Assembly: GCF_006345805.1 (NCBI RefSeq)
Contig: NC_042999.1
Span: 124,000,001-124,064,000, forward strand
Direction: 5' to 3'
DNA from: Octopus sinensis
Taxonomy: Eukaryota
DNA: 64,000 nt
In this document: positions 13,691-26,312 of the stretch, piece after piece
How the letters are laid out: every line of letters starts with the position of its first letter
Numbering within the stretch: the first letter of the stretch is position 1
The notes under the pieces: model-generated
What the model was told of the DNA's origin: nothing
The model's database searches: none
The model's input: only the letters and a program-made list of their open reading frames with translations
Position numbers and translations under genes: made by a program

Positions 13691-15259
13691 ATGTGAGTTT
13701 GTATGTATGTATGTACGTATGTATATACGTATGCAGGCATGTATGTATGTATGTATATGACTGGGTGGCTAACCCTTCCAGGGTTCATTCCTACTGGCTT
13801 GGTACTTGGGCAAATATCTTCGAGTGCAGTTTTACTTGCCCAAAAATTTTTGAAATTAAGCTTGATACAAATTGTGAGTGCTTGTCAAATGTGTGTCTGT
13901 ATGTGTATACATACACACACACACACGCACGCACATATATACGGTGGAGGTGCATAGCTTAGTGGTTAGGTAAGATTATGGTTTTGATTCCTGGACTGGG
14001 TGACACAGTCTGTTCTTGAGCAAAGTACTTCATTTCATGTTGCTCCAGTCCACTCAGCTAGCAAAAATGAGGGAAACATTTTCTCTATGGTAAATGCAGT
14101 GAATTTCCGTTTTAGCAATTGAAATAATGTCACAAACATATTTTAACTAACCTAAACTTTGCTTAAGTCTAAACACTGCTTGATGCTAATATTTTCTTAT
14201 ATATATATATAAAAGAAATAATTGAGATTCAATTGAATTAGTCATTTAAGTTGAAGCACCAAGCCAGTCCAGTATTATCCACACAGCCCTAAGGAAGGTG
14301 AATAAAATCAAAATAAGTAACAGGATATCAAATAGTGATGTAGTATGACTGTTTCAAGTGGCTCCATTTAATTTAACAATGCAATCATAACATCAATTTA
14401 AATGCAGTGCCATCTTCAGCTGCACAAATATATGGAATTTTAACAAGTAGGACACATTAATATAATTTTTCTCAAATATTTTAACACACCAAGAAGGTGT
14501 TGTTGATATGTTTATATATATACAATGAGCTTCTTTCAGCTTCCACTTACCAGATCCACTCACAAGGCTTTGGTTGGCCCAAGGCTATAGTAGAAAAGAC
14601 TTGCCTCAGATGTCAAACTGTGGGACTAAACCCAAAATCATGTGGTTGGAAAGCAAGATTCATACCACTGCCACATATGCAAAAGACATTTGTTTACAAC
14701 AGTTTCCATCACATAAAGATAATTGAAATGAGGATGATAGGCTCATACTTAGTAAAGTTATGCACTCATATTTTCTTTTAGATATCACATTTTTGTTGAG
14801 AGAAGGCAAGAGCCATCTGAAGAAGTCACAATTTGAGAGTGATGGCATGTACACCAGCAATACTGATTTCTATTGTTCAGCTGAAGGAAGCTTTCAGTTT
14901 ATGTCTGAATATTTGTCAGTTACATAACATTTTATTATTGATATGTGTGTTTAGAATGAAGACACAAATCAATGTCAGCTGTAGATATTAAACACATGGC
15001 AATTGTGCCATGAATTTAGCACTTTAATAACTCATACTGAGTTATCATGACTTGGCCAAACATATAATAAAATAGCCATAGAAGAATATGAACTCATATT
15101 TCAAGAGAAAATAGATTCATATCTTTTCCATTTGCCACTTCACCTCAGAGTTCTCTCCCTCTCTTTCTCTCTCTTTTTCTCTGTCCCCTTCTTTCTCTCT
15201 CACTTGCTCTTCTCTTCTTCTCTTTTCTCTCTCTCACTCTTTCAGATATATGTACATAT

Positions 15260-15314
<55 letters not shown>

Positions 15315-15367
15315 AGATAGATAGACAGATAGATCGATATATATATACATATATATATATTTCTTTA

Positions 15368-15590
15368 CTACCCACAAGGGGCTAAACACAGAGGAGACAA
15401 ACAAGGATAGACAAACGGATTAAGTCAATTACATCGACCCCAGTGCGTAACTGGTACTTAATTTATTGACCCCAGAAGGATGAAAGGCAAAGTCGACCTC
15501 GGCGGAATTTGAACACGGAACGTAATGGCAGACGAAATATGGCAACGCATTTCACCCGGCGTGCTAACGTTCCTGCCAGCTCACCACCTT
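15368..15590 (-). mobile_element. SINE family B
   Basis: Reverse complement of the family B head and core. Confidence 0.85.
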
Positions 15591-15596
15591 GAGATC

Positions 15597-16562
15597 TGGT
15601 GCATTATAATCCTGAAAGATTGTTTCCCTCCGGAAACAGTTCTGCAACCATAGGATGAATTTGATCAGATAAAATGCTTAAATAGACTTGACTATTAATT
15701 CTGCCATGAAGGGAAACCATTGCGCTGGTGGATTTCCAAGGCATAGCCCTCACCCCAGATCATCACAGATCCTCCTCCATGTTTAACAGTTGGAAGAAGC
15801 CAGTATGGGTCAAATTCTTCTTTTGGCTGTCTCCTCATGTATACTTGGCCAGTGGTTGCGAAGCATTTAGAGTTGGGTAAAAACCTATAGAATTGGTCCC
15901 TAGAGCAGTGGAAGAATGTTATTTTCTTGGATGAGTCATCCTTTACCTTATTTCCAACCACCGGCCAAGTATACATGAGGAGACAGCCAAAAGAAGAATT
16001 TGACCCATACTGGCTTCTTCCAACTGTTAAACATGGAGGAGGATCTGTGATGATCTGGGGTGAGGGCTATGTCTTGGAAATCCACCAGCGCAATGGTTTC
16101 CCTTCATGGCAGAATTAATAGTCAAGTCTATTTAAGCATTTTATCTGATCAAATTCATCCTATGGTTGCAGAACTGTTTCCGGAGGGAAACAATCTTTCA
16201 GGATGATAATGCACCAATTCACACAACTAAAGTTGTTACTGGATGGCACGAGGAATATTCTTGTGAAGTTGAATATCTTATCTGGCCACCACAGTCCCCA
16301 GATCTCAATATTATTGAACATTTATGGTGCATTTTAGAAAAACATGTAAGGAGTCGATATACTCTACCATCATCACTACAAGAACTGGAGGTTGTTTTAG
16401 CTGAAGAATGGACAAAAATTCCTTTGGAAACGATTCAAACTTTGTACGAGTCCATACCTCATAGAATTCAAGCTGTAATTACTGCCAAAGGTGGTCCTAC
16501 CCTATATTGAAATAAATTTGTTTAAAATTTTAAGGGGTTTCCATTATTTTGTCCAACCCTTG
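15597..16562 (+). mobile_element. Tc1 (DD34E) transposon 3' half with a 262-bp inverted duplication replacing its 5' end
   Basis: Motifs IFLDESSF, TVKHGGGSVMIWG, IFQDDNAPIH, WPPQSPDLNIIEHLW, AKGGPTLY*. 3' end TTTTGTCCAACCCTTG followed by TA. 15597-15858 is the reverse complement of 15955-16216. Confidence 0.9.
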
Positions 16563-17439
16563 TATATATATATATATCAATACATATGCCAACCCATGTT
16601 CCCATGGAAGATGGAAGTTAAATGATGAAGAGGATGTTGATTAATATATACATACATTAGATTATAACTTAGTTTTCCAACAACAGCATTGTTAAAGATG
16701 GATCGACACTGATTCTCACCTGACTTTTGGCCCCAAGACCATTGTCAGCCACACCTTGGTAATTGTTTCTGTTTGTAGGCTACACTTAGTGAGGGACTGA
16801 ATGCTAGGCATCGACAAACATTTCTAAGGCTCATTGAAATGTCATAATAGACAAACAAACAAGTATATATATACAAATATATGCATATATACAAATATAC
16901 AGATATATACATGTATATGTATATATACCCTCGCATAGTTGCCCAAGGCAGGGCATAGGAAAAAAAACACATTCAGTATAAAGTGACAGAGTAGGTATGT
17001 TATTAATACAGCATTATAAGCTAAGCATTGTAAAGAGGCAAAATTTTACCTGATGGTTTCATATGAAATTAGGTTTGCCTAAAAGTAAAGAATAATTTGA
17101 TAATAATCAGGCCTGTACTGGCTTGGATTTTTGGCACTGAAATGTCAAAAGAAAACATCTGGTTAATAAATCAAGGAAACCTTGTCATATACACTTATAT
17201 CTTTATTCACAAGCAAGAAGTTCATTTGACCAAACAACTGAATCCTCATCACTGAATGATGGAAATCTACTACCAACACATCTAAATGTGTGTGTGTGTG
17301 TGTGCATGTGTGTGTGTGCACGCACACACACACATGCATATGAACATGAATGACTGTGTAGTTAAGAAATTTTCTCTGCAAACACAAGATCTTAAGTTCA
17401 GTCCTACAGAGCAACACATTGGACACTTGCCTGCTACTA

Positions 17440-17645
17440 CTGATTTCAATATTTTGGCACAAGGCCAGCAATTTCAGAGAAGGAGTACATTGATTACATC
17501 GGCTATAGTATGCAGCTGGTACTTATTTCATCGACTCTGAAAAGATGAAGGGCAAAGTTGACTTCAGCAGAATTTGAACACAGAACGTAAAGATGGAGAA
17601 AATGCTGTCCAGTGTGCTAATAATTCTGCCAGCTCACTGCCTGAA
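17440..17645 (-). mobile_element. SINE family B
   Basis: Reverse complement of the family B core and head. Confidence 0.75.
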
Positions 17646-18581
17646 TTATATTCTACTATTGCCAAAAGCCATCCAATGCTTTGTGGATGAAATTAGTAGA
17701 AGGAAAGTGCAAGGAATCTTGTGTATGAATGTGTCTTTGTATGTATGTGTGAGTGTATGTGTGTTTGTGCATGAAAGCTAATATTTCTGTTCTTTCATGA
17801 CTGTCTGAGGGGAAGAAAACAGTGTTGCCATGCTTACATTTCTGGTAAACCTTACGTTCCACAGGTCTGCATTTTAAAGTGGTGAAATGATATCTCCATG
17901 ACATGTAAAACATAAAAAGGTTATTGACCAGAATAGCATCAAGGTGTAAAAATACTGCCTCAGATAAATTTCTACTGAACCAATGCCATCATACAAAGAA
18001 AATGAATATAGAACTTTTTATTGTGACCACATATATTTAATTCAGACATGATGTTGGGGTTCTTATTTAGATATAAAGATGCTTCACTTCAGATATTTAG
18101 GACTGAACTCTTATTACACATATATTTAGTCGAGACTAAAACCAATAAAATGGCATCCAACTGATAGCCTTCCTTTACTAACATGATAGCAACTAGCTTT
18201 CTTACCCCTTGTATTTTCATGGGCAAAAAATTGGTGAAATTATCATAGCATTGGATAGAATGCTTTGTGATGTACATTTTTGGTTTTCCATTCAAATTTG
18301 AACTCCAGTTCAAGTCATGCTGAGATCATTTTTGCCTTTGATCCATTGATCTTTTCATACTTGCTAAATACAATACCATTCCAAGGTAATATTGTATTTG
18401 GCAAGTCTGAGATGTAGAATTGTTAAGGGTTCAAATAAAATACCTTGTAGAATCTTTTCTGGCACTTTCACTATATATATAGTACGGAATTTTGTATATA
18501 TATATATATTTATGTATATAAAATATAAATTAGAGATAAAATTAGATATATATATATACATATATATAAGCAGCATGGAAT

Positions 18582-18632
18582 TTTGTCAGTGAACAGGTCA
18601 CAGTCTAAAAGGGACGAAAATATTTTGGCAAA
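18582..18632 (+). ncRNA. Decayed copy of the G3-C8 hammerhead-like fold
   Basis: TTTGTCA GTGAACA G GTCAC agtctaaaa GGGAC GAA AATATT T TGGCAAA; one mismatch in stem II and a G.U pair in stem I. Confidence 0.45.
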
Positions 18633-18872
18633 TTAAATTTAAATGTTGAAGTGTGTTTTTAAATGGCTTATAAGCACCTTCCACGCTGCAATTGTTTTTG
18701 TTTAAGCACACAATCTCAGATAAGGTCACTTGCTATGCAAGTACATCTCCATAATATATATATATATATATATATATTACGGAGATGTACTCGCATAGCA
18801 AGTGATTTGATCTGAGATCGTGTGCTGAAACGAAAACAATTGCAGCGTGGAAGGTGTTTGTAAGCACGGATT

Positions 18873-18922
18873 TTTGTCAGTGAACAGGTCGCGGATTTTA
18901 GCGACGAAAATATTTTGACAAA
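18873..18922 (+). ncRNA. Minimal type I hammerhead-like fold with G3-C8 core (GUGAACA)
   Basis: Stem I TTTGTCA/TGACAAA, core GTGAACA, extra G, stem II GTCGC/GCGAC, GAA, palindromic stem III AATATT, H17 = T18915. Confidence 0.65.
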
Positions 18923-19116
18923 TTAAACTTAAATGTTGAAGTGAATCGAACGGCTTTTGGGTGTTTCTTAAATGGCTTACAAACACCTTCCAAGCTGCAA
19001 TTGTATATACATATATATATCTTCACTGTATCTTCAATTTTACTACAAACACTCCTGTAATTGGAACCAAAAGCACTAAATATGACAAATGAAGATAGCA
19101 ATATGAGTTTAACCAA

Positions 19117-19370
19117 ATCATCATCATCATCATCATCATTATCATTATCATCATCATCATCATCCTTTAACGTCCATTTCCCATGCTAGCATGGATTGGA
19201 TAGTTTGACCAGAGTTGGCAAGCTGGGAAACTGCTTCCAGTTCCGGTCTGATTTGGTTTGGTTTATACACCTGGATGCTCTTCCTAAAGCCAACCACTTT
19301 ACAGCATGTGTTGGGTACTTTTAACATGACACCAGCATGAGTGCTTTCATCTGGTGTTGGCACAAGTGCT
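19117..19370 (-). mobile_element. RTE LINE 3' UTR fragment
   Basis: (CAT)n tail then TTTAACGTCCATTTCCCATGCTAGCATGG, reverse complement of the RTE 3' end. Confidence 0.7.
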
Positions 19371-20793
19371 TTTTACTTCACACCAGGAGGAATGAAAATT
19401 GATGGCAAGAAGTTAGCATTAATAAAAGGTGTCCAACATATATTGAAGTCTCCTTTTTTTCATTTTCTGAGATCCAAATTGAAAAGTGAGGATAAAATCC
19501 TTGCACATTTAGATTTATTGACGTTGGTTTGAGTCTGTATTTTTTAGGTTTTAACATCCTTAAAAATAAAAAACTATATGTATTATGATTTAGTATTTTT
19601 TTTTAGGGATCTTTGAAAATATCAAAATTTGAAAATATTCTACTTTACGCATTGTTTACTTCACAATAATATTTACATTAAATTATTCTAATTTTATTTT
19701 TCATTTTACTTTGATACATACAAAATATAGTAACTTCTTTAGACTCCCTTCTTATATCAAAGTTCCTTCATGTTTTACATCATTTTGTACAAAAGAGTTT
19801 TTGAAAAATATCCACACTGATTCACACTATTCACTAGAAAACGACATTAGTTTATTATTTATTTTGTATTAAAGAATTATGCTTCATTTAAAACTAAAAA
19901 TAAAAGTAAACATTTCAATCTTCAGAAGGTTTTATATATTTCTATGAATTGCAAGTAGATCAACTGAATGTAAACTGATTAGTAGACATTGTTACGTATT
20001 TTAAATCTTATTTACACACAGTTTCACCCAAAAGGTCTTGGGATATGTTAGTAGTATCTGACCTGTTTATAGTATAGTGTAGTAATACAGCTCTGTCTGA
20101 AAATGATGTCATTCACAGTCAGTCATTTTGCAGACAGAAAATAAATAGTTTATGTTTAGATTTTGTCTGTGGATGAACAATGCATTTGTGTTTGAACAAG
20201 CAGATAAAAACTAATAAAAGCTTATAAACATCACCATTCAAAATATCACATTCCTTTATTTTTGTGATACTTCCATGAGTCTGAAATGATGTTTTTAGCC
20301 TTTGTGTCTTCCCTTGTTAATTTTCTTCATTTCCCACAACCCTCATGAGTGAACTAACTTGTTTACATGTGTCTTCTAGATCTGATCTTTGACTCCTGAC
20401 TCTATTCTAATCCTTATTTACTATTATATAACTGTTCATCTCTCAGTTCTCAACGGCCATTTGCTTTCCCCATTCATAACTGTACCTCTGAAGCTTGCAC
20501 ATCTCCTTCTTTTACTGCCCCTGTCATTTCCTTTCTCCCTCTGTATGTTTGCTCATCATCATCATCATCATAAATATATCATTATTATTATGAGCTGGCT
20601 GAATCGTTAGCCTGCCAAGCAAAATGCTAAGCAACTTTTCCATCCAGCTGCACATTCTGAGTTCAAATTCTGCCAAGATCAACTTTGTCTTAAGACTTTG
20701 TCTTAAAATAAGCATCAGTTTTGCACTGGGGTCGATGTAATCAACTAGCCCCTCAACACCAAAATTTCAGACCTTGAACCTTTAGAAGAAAGG

Positions 20794-20794
<1 letters not shown>

Positions 20795-20850
<56 letters not shown>

Positions 20851-20862
20851 GTTATTATTATA

Positions 20863-20899
<37 letters not shown>

Positions 20900-20925
20900 T
20901 ATTATTATTATTATTATTATTTTAT
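20795..20925. repeat. (ATT)n microsatellite at the 3' end of a family B SINE (about 20590-20790)
   Basis: Directly visible. Confidence 0.9.
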
Positions 20926-21085
20926 AACAGTTTGATTTGGTTCCATACAACTTACAAGCCTGTCCCTTTCAGGCCTTAGATTACCAAATGGAGAGATACT
21001 GAGCAACATGGAACCAAATAAAACTGTTTTAAATAATACATATAACTCCTAATAAACGAGCTGAGTGCCTTTTTTTTTCATTTGT

Positions 21086-21171
<86 letters not shown>

Positions 21172-22149
21172 GTAGAAACAATGGATTCAGAAGATAGGGT
21201 GTACTGGAAACTTTATTTATCACAACGTTTGTTTCAACACATCCTGCACCTCATAGGTGGGAAACTATATAATGAATTACAATGCACCCCACAGAGTGCA
21301 AGCATTTCTTCAGGTGATGCAACTCAGTTTCTCACTACATAAGTAATGTTTCGTGAAGTATTACTTCACAAAAGTTTTCAGTATACTCTATCTTCTGTAA
21401 TAATTGTTTCTAGTATACTCAATGTGTACTTAGGAATCCCTAATGTAGATCCAACGACGATTGTGTTATTATCATGGATGATGCTAGGTAGCCATAGGCA
21501 GTAAATGTGCTTTGTTGGCATACTAATAGGGACATACCCAAAGCTTAGATTAAGTTTTGAATTTAAATCTAAATGTTAATTTTAACTTATATATATGTGT
21601 GTGTGTGTATGTACACACACACACTCACACACACATATATCTATACACATGCATGCACACATATATATAGATATATATACATATACATACACACACACAC
21701 ACATATCATCATGATCAAAATAAGACAAAAGAAAAGAAATAGATGATTTTAAGTAAATGAAGATGCAATAAACTTGTTATATTTTTAAAAATAGATATGA
21801 AATGTAGTAGTTAAGAATATGAAATTATCAGAGACAGTGCAATAGAGTCCATTTCGTAAATCAATCCAAAGATAAGATAAAGAATGGCAATTCTTGTTTT
21901 CCAAGATTGAAAGATATATATAAGTCATAAACTTTGAATAAATATGAAGATACCAGAAGAAGTTATAAATGTGTAGCATCTCAGCAGCCAAAGTATAATC
22001 AGAGGGCATGGCCATTATTTGAAAAAACGTTACAAAATTATTTTTTGTGACAGGAAACAACACCAATTTTCTAGAGAAAAGGAATATAGATTACTCCCCT
22101 GGAAGAATGAAACACAAAACCAAGGTAGGATTTGAATGCAGAAATATGA

Positions 22150-23420
22150 GGCATCAAAATAGATGCCACAAAGAATTTAACTGAGAAGGTGAACTATCTA
22201 CATTTTATATGTATTCTGTAATAAGGGGCAGTATGTCTTTCCCAAAAACATAACACAATGCCAACAACTGAGATGTAATGTATACAATAAACAATGTCAA
22301 TTATAATCACATAACCACAGTGGCTATTGATTTTTAACTCTATAGTTTTCTTCCTACCTAAAATTGATGGTTGTGAATGGACATTGTTTCATCAATTTCT
22401 ATTTGTGTAGTTCATTTGCTCATTCTTTTTAAATCTTCTCTAATGTTCAATTACTCTAATCATTCAAACAATAATAATAACTACATGCATTTTAATAGGA
22501 ATGGTCGTTATATCCCTTAAAATTGATGGCTACTGCTTTTCTCCAATCGTTTATGAAATTAACTTGGGGAATTATTTATAAAACCTCTAATACAACTCAC
22601 TTATACCTGTTCAAACAATCCCATTAAATAATTATTCAAATTAGCTTCCAAACAGCTATAAACTGCATCACAAAAATGTCCCTTAATGATTTCTATTTAT
22701 TCCCTTTCTTTTAATGCAGCCTCTTTTAGAAAATCTCAGCCAAATTTTAATCCATTCATCTCACAGCAACATTTCATGTACTTCTTCCAAGTAACTCAAT
22801 ATAAAATCACCCACTTTACCCTTCCAGCATAGAGATTTTGGTTTGATTTTGGCTTCCATTTCATCTTCTATTTCTTTTAACTTAAACACCATTGCCAACT
22901 GCAATAGTAGTGATTTGTTCAATAGAATCAAATACTTCCTGAAAATGGTTTATTGCCAATGTTTCAGTGGCTTTCCTTTAATTTCATTCATTGTTATCTT
23001 ATTCGACTTTCTTCCGTCTGGTTAATTGAAAGAGTTTGTGTAGTGACACCTTTCATTTCCAAATAATTCTTGCATCTTTGATTTAATCTTGTTAGAAATT
23101 TCTAGTAAAGTTTTCAATGATTTTTAATTCAAGGTTTTAGCTTTGGAATTGTTCAAATGTATACACATTTTCGTCAGAAATTGTATAGGCAGCTTCATAA
23201 TTGTTAGCTTTTCCTTATGGGAGTTTACACACTAAGCTGATAACTTTGATGTTAATTCTTTATGAAAATTCTCTGATTGCTTAGTTATTTTCTCTAATGA
23301 TTTCTTTAATTAGCTTGTGCAATCATCTACAACAGTGTTAATGTTTCTTGATTTGAAGAACATAGGATCAAAGTCATACTATTGTCCAGCAAGATTCTTC
23401 TGCAAAAGTGATATCTAGTA
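22150..23420 (-). pseudogene. Heavily decayed AT-rich coding remnant; distal part possibly a Merlin/ISXO2-like transposase
   Basis: Protein-like stretches broken by stops (LLLQLAMVFKLKEIEDEMEAKIKPKSLCWKGKVGDFILSYLEEVHEMLL). TQIEIDETM and ILPLITEYI lie about 55 codons apart, like the VEIDES...TLLPII spacing recalled for ISXO2-type transposases. Confidence 0.3.
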
Positions 23421-24111
23421 AGTAACACTGACCCTAGAATATATATAAAGCAAGCCAGCAATAAAAAGTTTCATTGTTTATCCTCTATGTTATCTTTAAA
23501 GTAAGTAGTACAACCTAGAAATTACTTCCTTTTGAAGTAAATGAATAAAATTAGTATGAATAATAAGATAATTATAATTATAAATGAATATTAAAATTAT
23601 TATGATGAAATTAATAATAATAATAAAGCAATTTCTAATATTGGTATAAAGCTATACACTTTAGCTTGAGGTCACATAGTATTACTGGTACTTATTTTAT
23701 ATGTCACAGAAAAATGAAGGCAAAAATCAACCAAGGTCACACATGAATTAAGAATATAAAAGTGTACTAAATACTGGAAAGCAGATACTACACTAAAGCT
23801 GATGATGCTGATGATGATAATGATGATGATGATGATGAGGAGGAGGAGGAAGAGGAGGTAGAGAAGGAGGAGGCTGAGGTGGAGGAGGGTGGGTGGTGTG
23901 ATGGTAGTTTCTAATTTAGGCAGAAGGATGGCAGTTTTGTAGGGAGGGGTTACTCGATTCCATCAACCCAAGTAATCGACTGGTACTTTATCTTTCACAC
24001 CTCATCAGGATTTGAAATTTGATATTAAAGAGCCGGAAAAAATTCCAAAGGGCATTTTCGTGATGCAACAATAATTCTTCAAGATTGCTGCCTTAATGAT
24101 GTCAATAATAA

Positions 24112-25037
24112 CAAGAGCACTCAGAGAGTGCAAACCTCCACTAAGGCAACATCAACGTCTTCTCAACGATGATTTTTAAAATGAGAATATCTGAAATAAA
24201 CTCCACTGCTCTCACAAATGAGAATACTAAAAATGAACCTGATCACTCTCAAACATTAAATAAAAAAAACCAGAAAAATAATCCAGAATCCTTGTCTAGT
24301 ACCTGATCAATCCCAATAGTAGTCATGGAAAGTGAAGGTGGCAGTAGAAAATTTAGTAACAGTAATAAATAGTTTATCCTTATTTAATACAAGCAAAAGT
24401 TAACAAATTCACCATTCAAAATAGTTTCAAATGCAGGGGCAATAATAATAAGTTCTACATAGGAATTTTTAAATGAATAGTATGAGACCTTTTGGTTTTT
24501 CGTTCTCTTAAATTCTGGTCTTCCTTTAGTATCCCTGTTGTTTTAGATTGATGTATAGATGTATGTATATATGTAAGTATACTGTAAAGTGTTAATATGT
24601 ATGTATAATATATAATATATATTATAAAAAATATGTTAATGTTATTTAATTTCTGAAGAGTTTTGCTGCTGTTTATTTATGTAGTTTGGTTTCTTTATAA
24701 ATCAGTTTCTAAGATAGAGATGTGAGTAAAATTAATAATAGAGAAATGAAAATAAAACTTTGGAAACAGCCTAAAGGGAGATAATTGAGAAAGACTTAAA
24801 AGTCAGAGTAAGGTCATAATCATAAAAAGTAAAGTAAATATAACAAATAATCCAGAATTCTTGTCCAGTACCAGATCTATCCCAAAATCTAATCAGTTTG
24901 TGCCAGTCATGAGGCCAACCATCTCTGAAAGTTTCATACCAATCCATCCAGCAATTCTTGAGATATCTTGTCCATGGACAAACAAACAAACAGACACAAC
25001 TGAAACAATAACTCTGACTTCACTAAGTCAGAGGTAA
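24112..25037 (+). mobile_element. Helentron-associated-like element in two pieces (about 24112-24317 and 24836-25037)
   Basis: 5' ACAAGAGCACTCAGAGAGTGCAAACCTCC, 3' (ACAA)n and terminal hairpin CTCTGACTT cact AAGTCAGAG. About 35 bp AATAATCCAGAAT...ATCCC duplicated at the break. Confidence 0.5.
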
Positions 25038-25069
25038 TAATAATAATAATAATACTAATAATACAAATA

Positions 25070-25574
25070 ATAATAATAATAAGGATGATGATAATGATGA
25101 TAATAATAATGCTTTCAAATTTTGGCAAAAGGCCAGTAATTTTAGGGTAGGGGATGAGTCGATTACATCGACCCCCCAGTGTTCAATTGGTACTTATTTC
25201 ATCAACCTTGAAAGGATGAAAGGCAAAGTCAGCTTTGGCAAAATATGAACTAAGAACAGGCAAAATTCTGCTAAGCATTTTGCCCGGATTGCTAACAATT
25301 CTGCCAGCTCAAGTAATAATAATAACAACAACAACAACAATAATAATAATAATCCTTTCTACTAAAGGCACAAAGGCTGAAATTTGGTAGGAGGGGACTA
25401 GTCAATTACATTGACCCCAGTATTTCACTGGTACTTAATTTTTTTACTCTGAAAGGATGAAAGGCAAAGCCTACCTCAGCAGAATTTGAACTCACAACGG
25501 GAAGATGGATGAAATACTGCTGAGCATTTTGCCCAGTGTGCTAGCAATTCTGCCAGCTCAACACCTTGATAATG

Positions 25575-25607
<33 letters not shown>

Positions 25608-26194
25608 GCAACAACAACAACAACAACAACAACAATAATAATGATAACAATAATAATAATAATAATAATAAGGATGATGATAATGATGATAATAATAATG
25701 CTTTCAAATTTTGGCAAAAGGCCAGTAATTTTAGGGTAGGGGATGAGTCGATTACATCGACCCCCCAGTGTTCAATTGGTACTTATTTCATCAACCTTGA
25801 AAGGATGAAAGGCAAAGTCAGCTTTGGCAAAATATGAACTAAGAACAGGCAAAATTCTGCTAAGCATTTTGCCCGGATTGCTAACAATTCTGCCAGCTCA
25901 AGTAATAATAATAACAACAACAACAACAATAATAATAATAATCCTTTCTACTAAAGGCACAAAGGCTGAAATTTGGTAGGAGGGGACTAGTCAATTACAT
26001 TGACCCCAGTATTTCACTGGTACTTAATTTTTTTACTCTGAAAGGATGAAAGGCAAAGCCTACCTCAGCAGAATTTGAACTCACAACGGGAAGATGGATG
26101 AAATACTGCTGAGCATTTTGCCCAGTGTGCTAGCAATTCTGCCAGCTCAACACCTTGATAATGATAATAATAATAATAATAATAATAATAATAG

Positions 26195-26225
<31 letters not shown>

Positions 26226-26255
26226 AATAATGATAACAATAATAATAATAATAAT
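25070..26255. repeat. Direct tandem duplication of about 590 bp (two family B SINEs plus AAT/AAC tracts per unit)
   Basis: AAGGATGATG at 25081 and 25670. Units look identical apart from microsatellite unit counts. Confidence 0.9.
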
Positions 26256-26256
26256 A

Positions 26257-26289
<33 letters not shown>

Positions 26290-26312
26290 TAATAATAATA
26301 ATAATAATAATA

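Larger units (their letters stand above)
18575..19006 (+). mobile_element. Cluster of a small hammerhead-bearing element: direct copy, inverted tail, second direct copy around (TA)n
   Basis: 18575-18755 and 18866-19006 are direct homologues. 18666-18865 is a palindrome centred on (TA)n. Confidence 0.6.

Noticed and set aside
21335-21395. Minus-strand CTGAAAA...GTGAAGT aat ACTTCAC GAAACAT, hammerhead-like
   Set aside because: G8 missing, five extra bases before stem II, and the stem I register does not fit; at best a decayed relic.
23795-23905. Acidic D/E-coding-like GAT/GAG run
   Set aside because: Low-complexity SSR beside a SINE, with no start or splice context.
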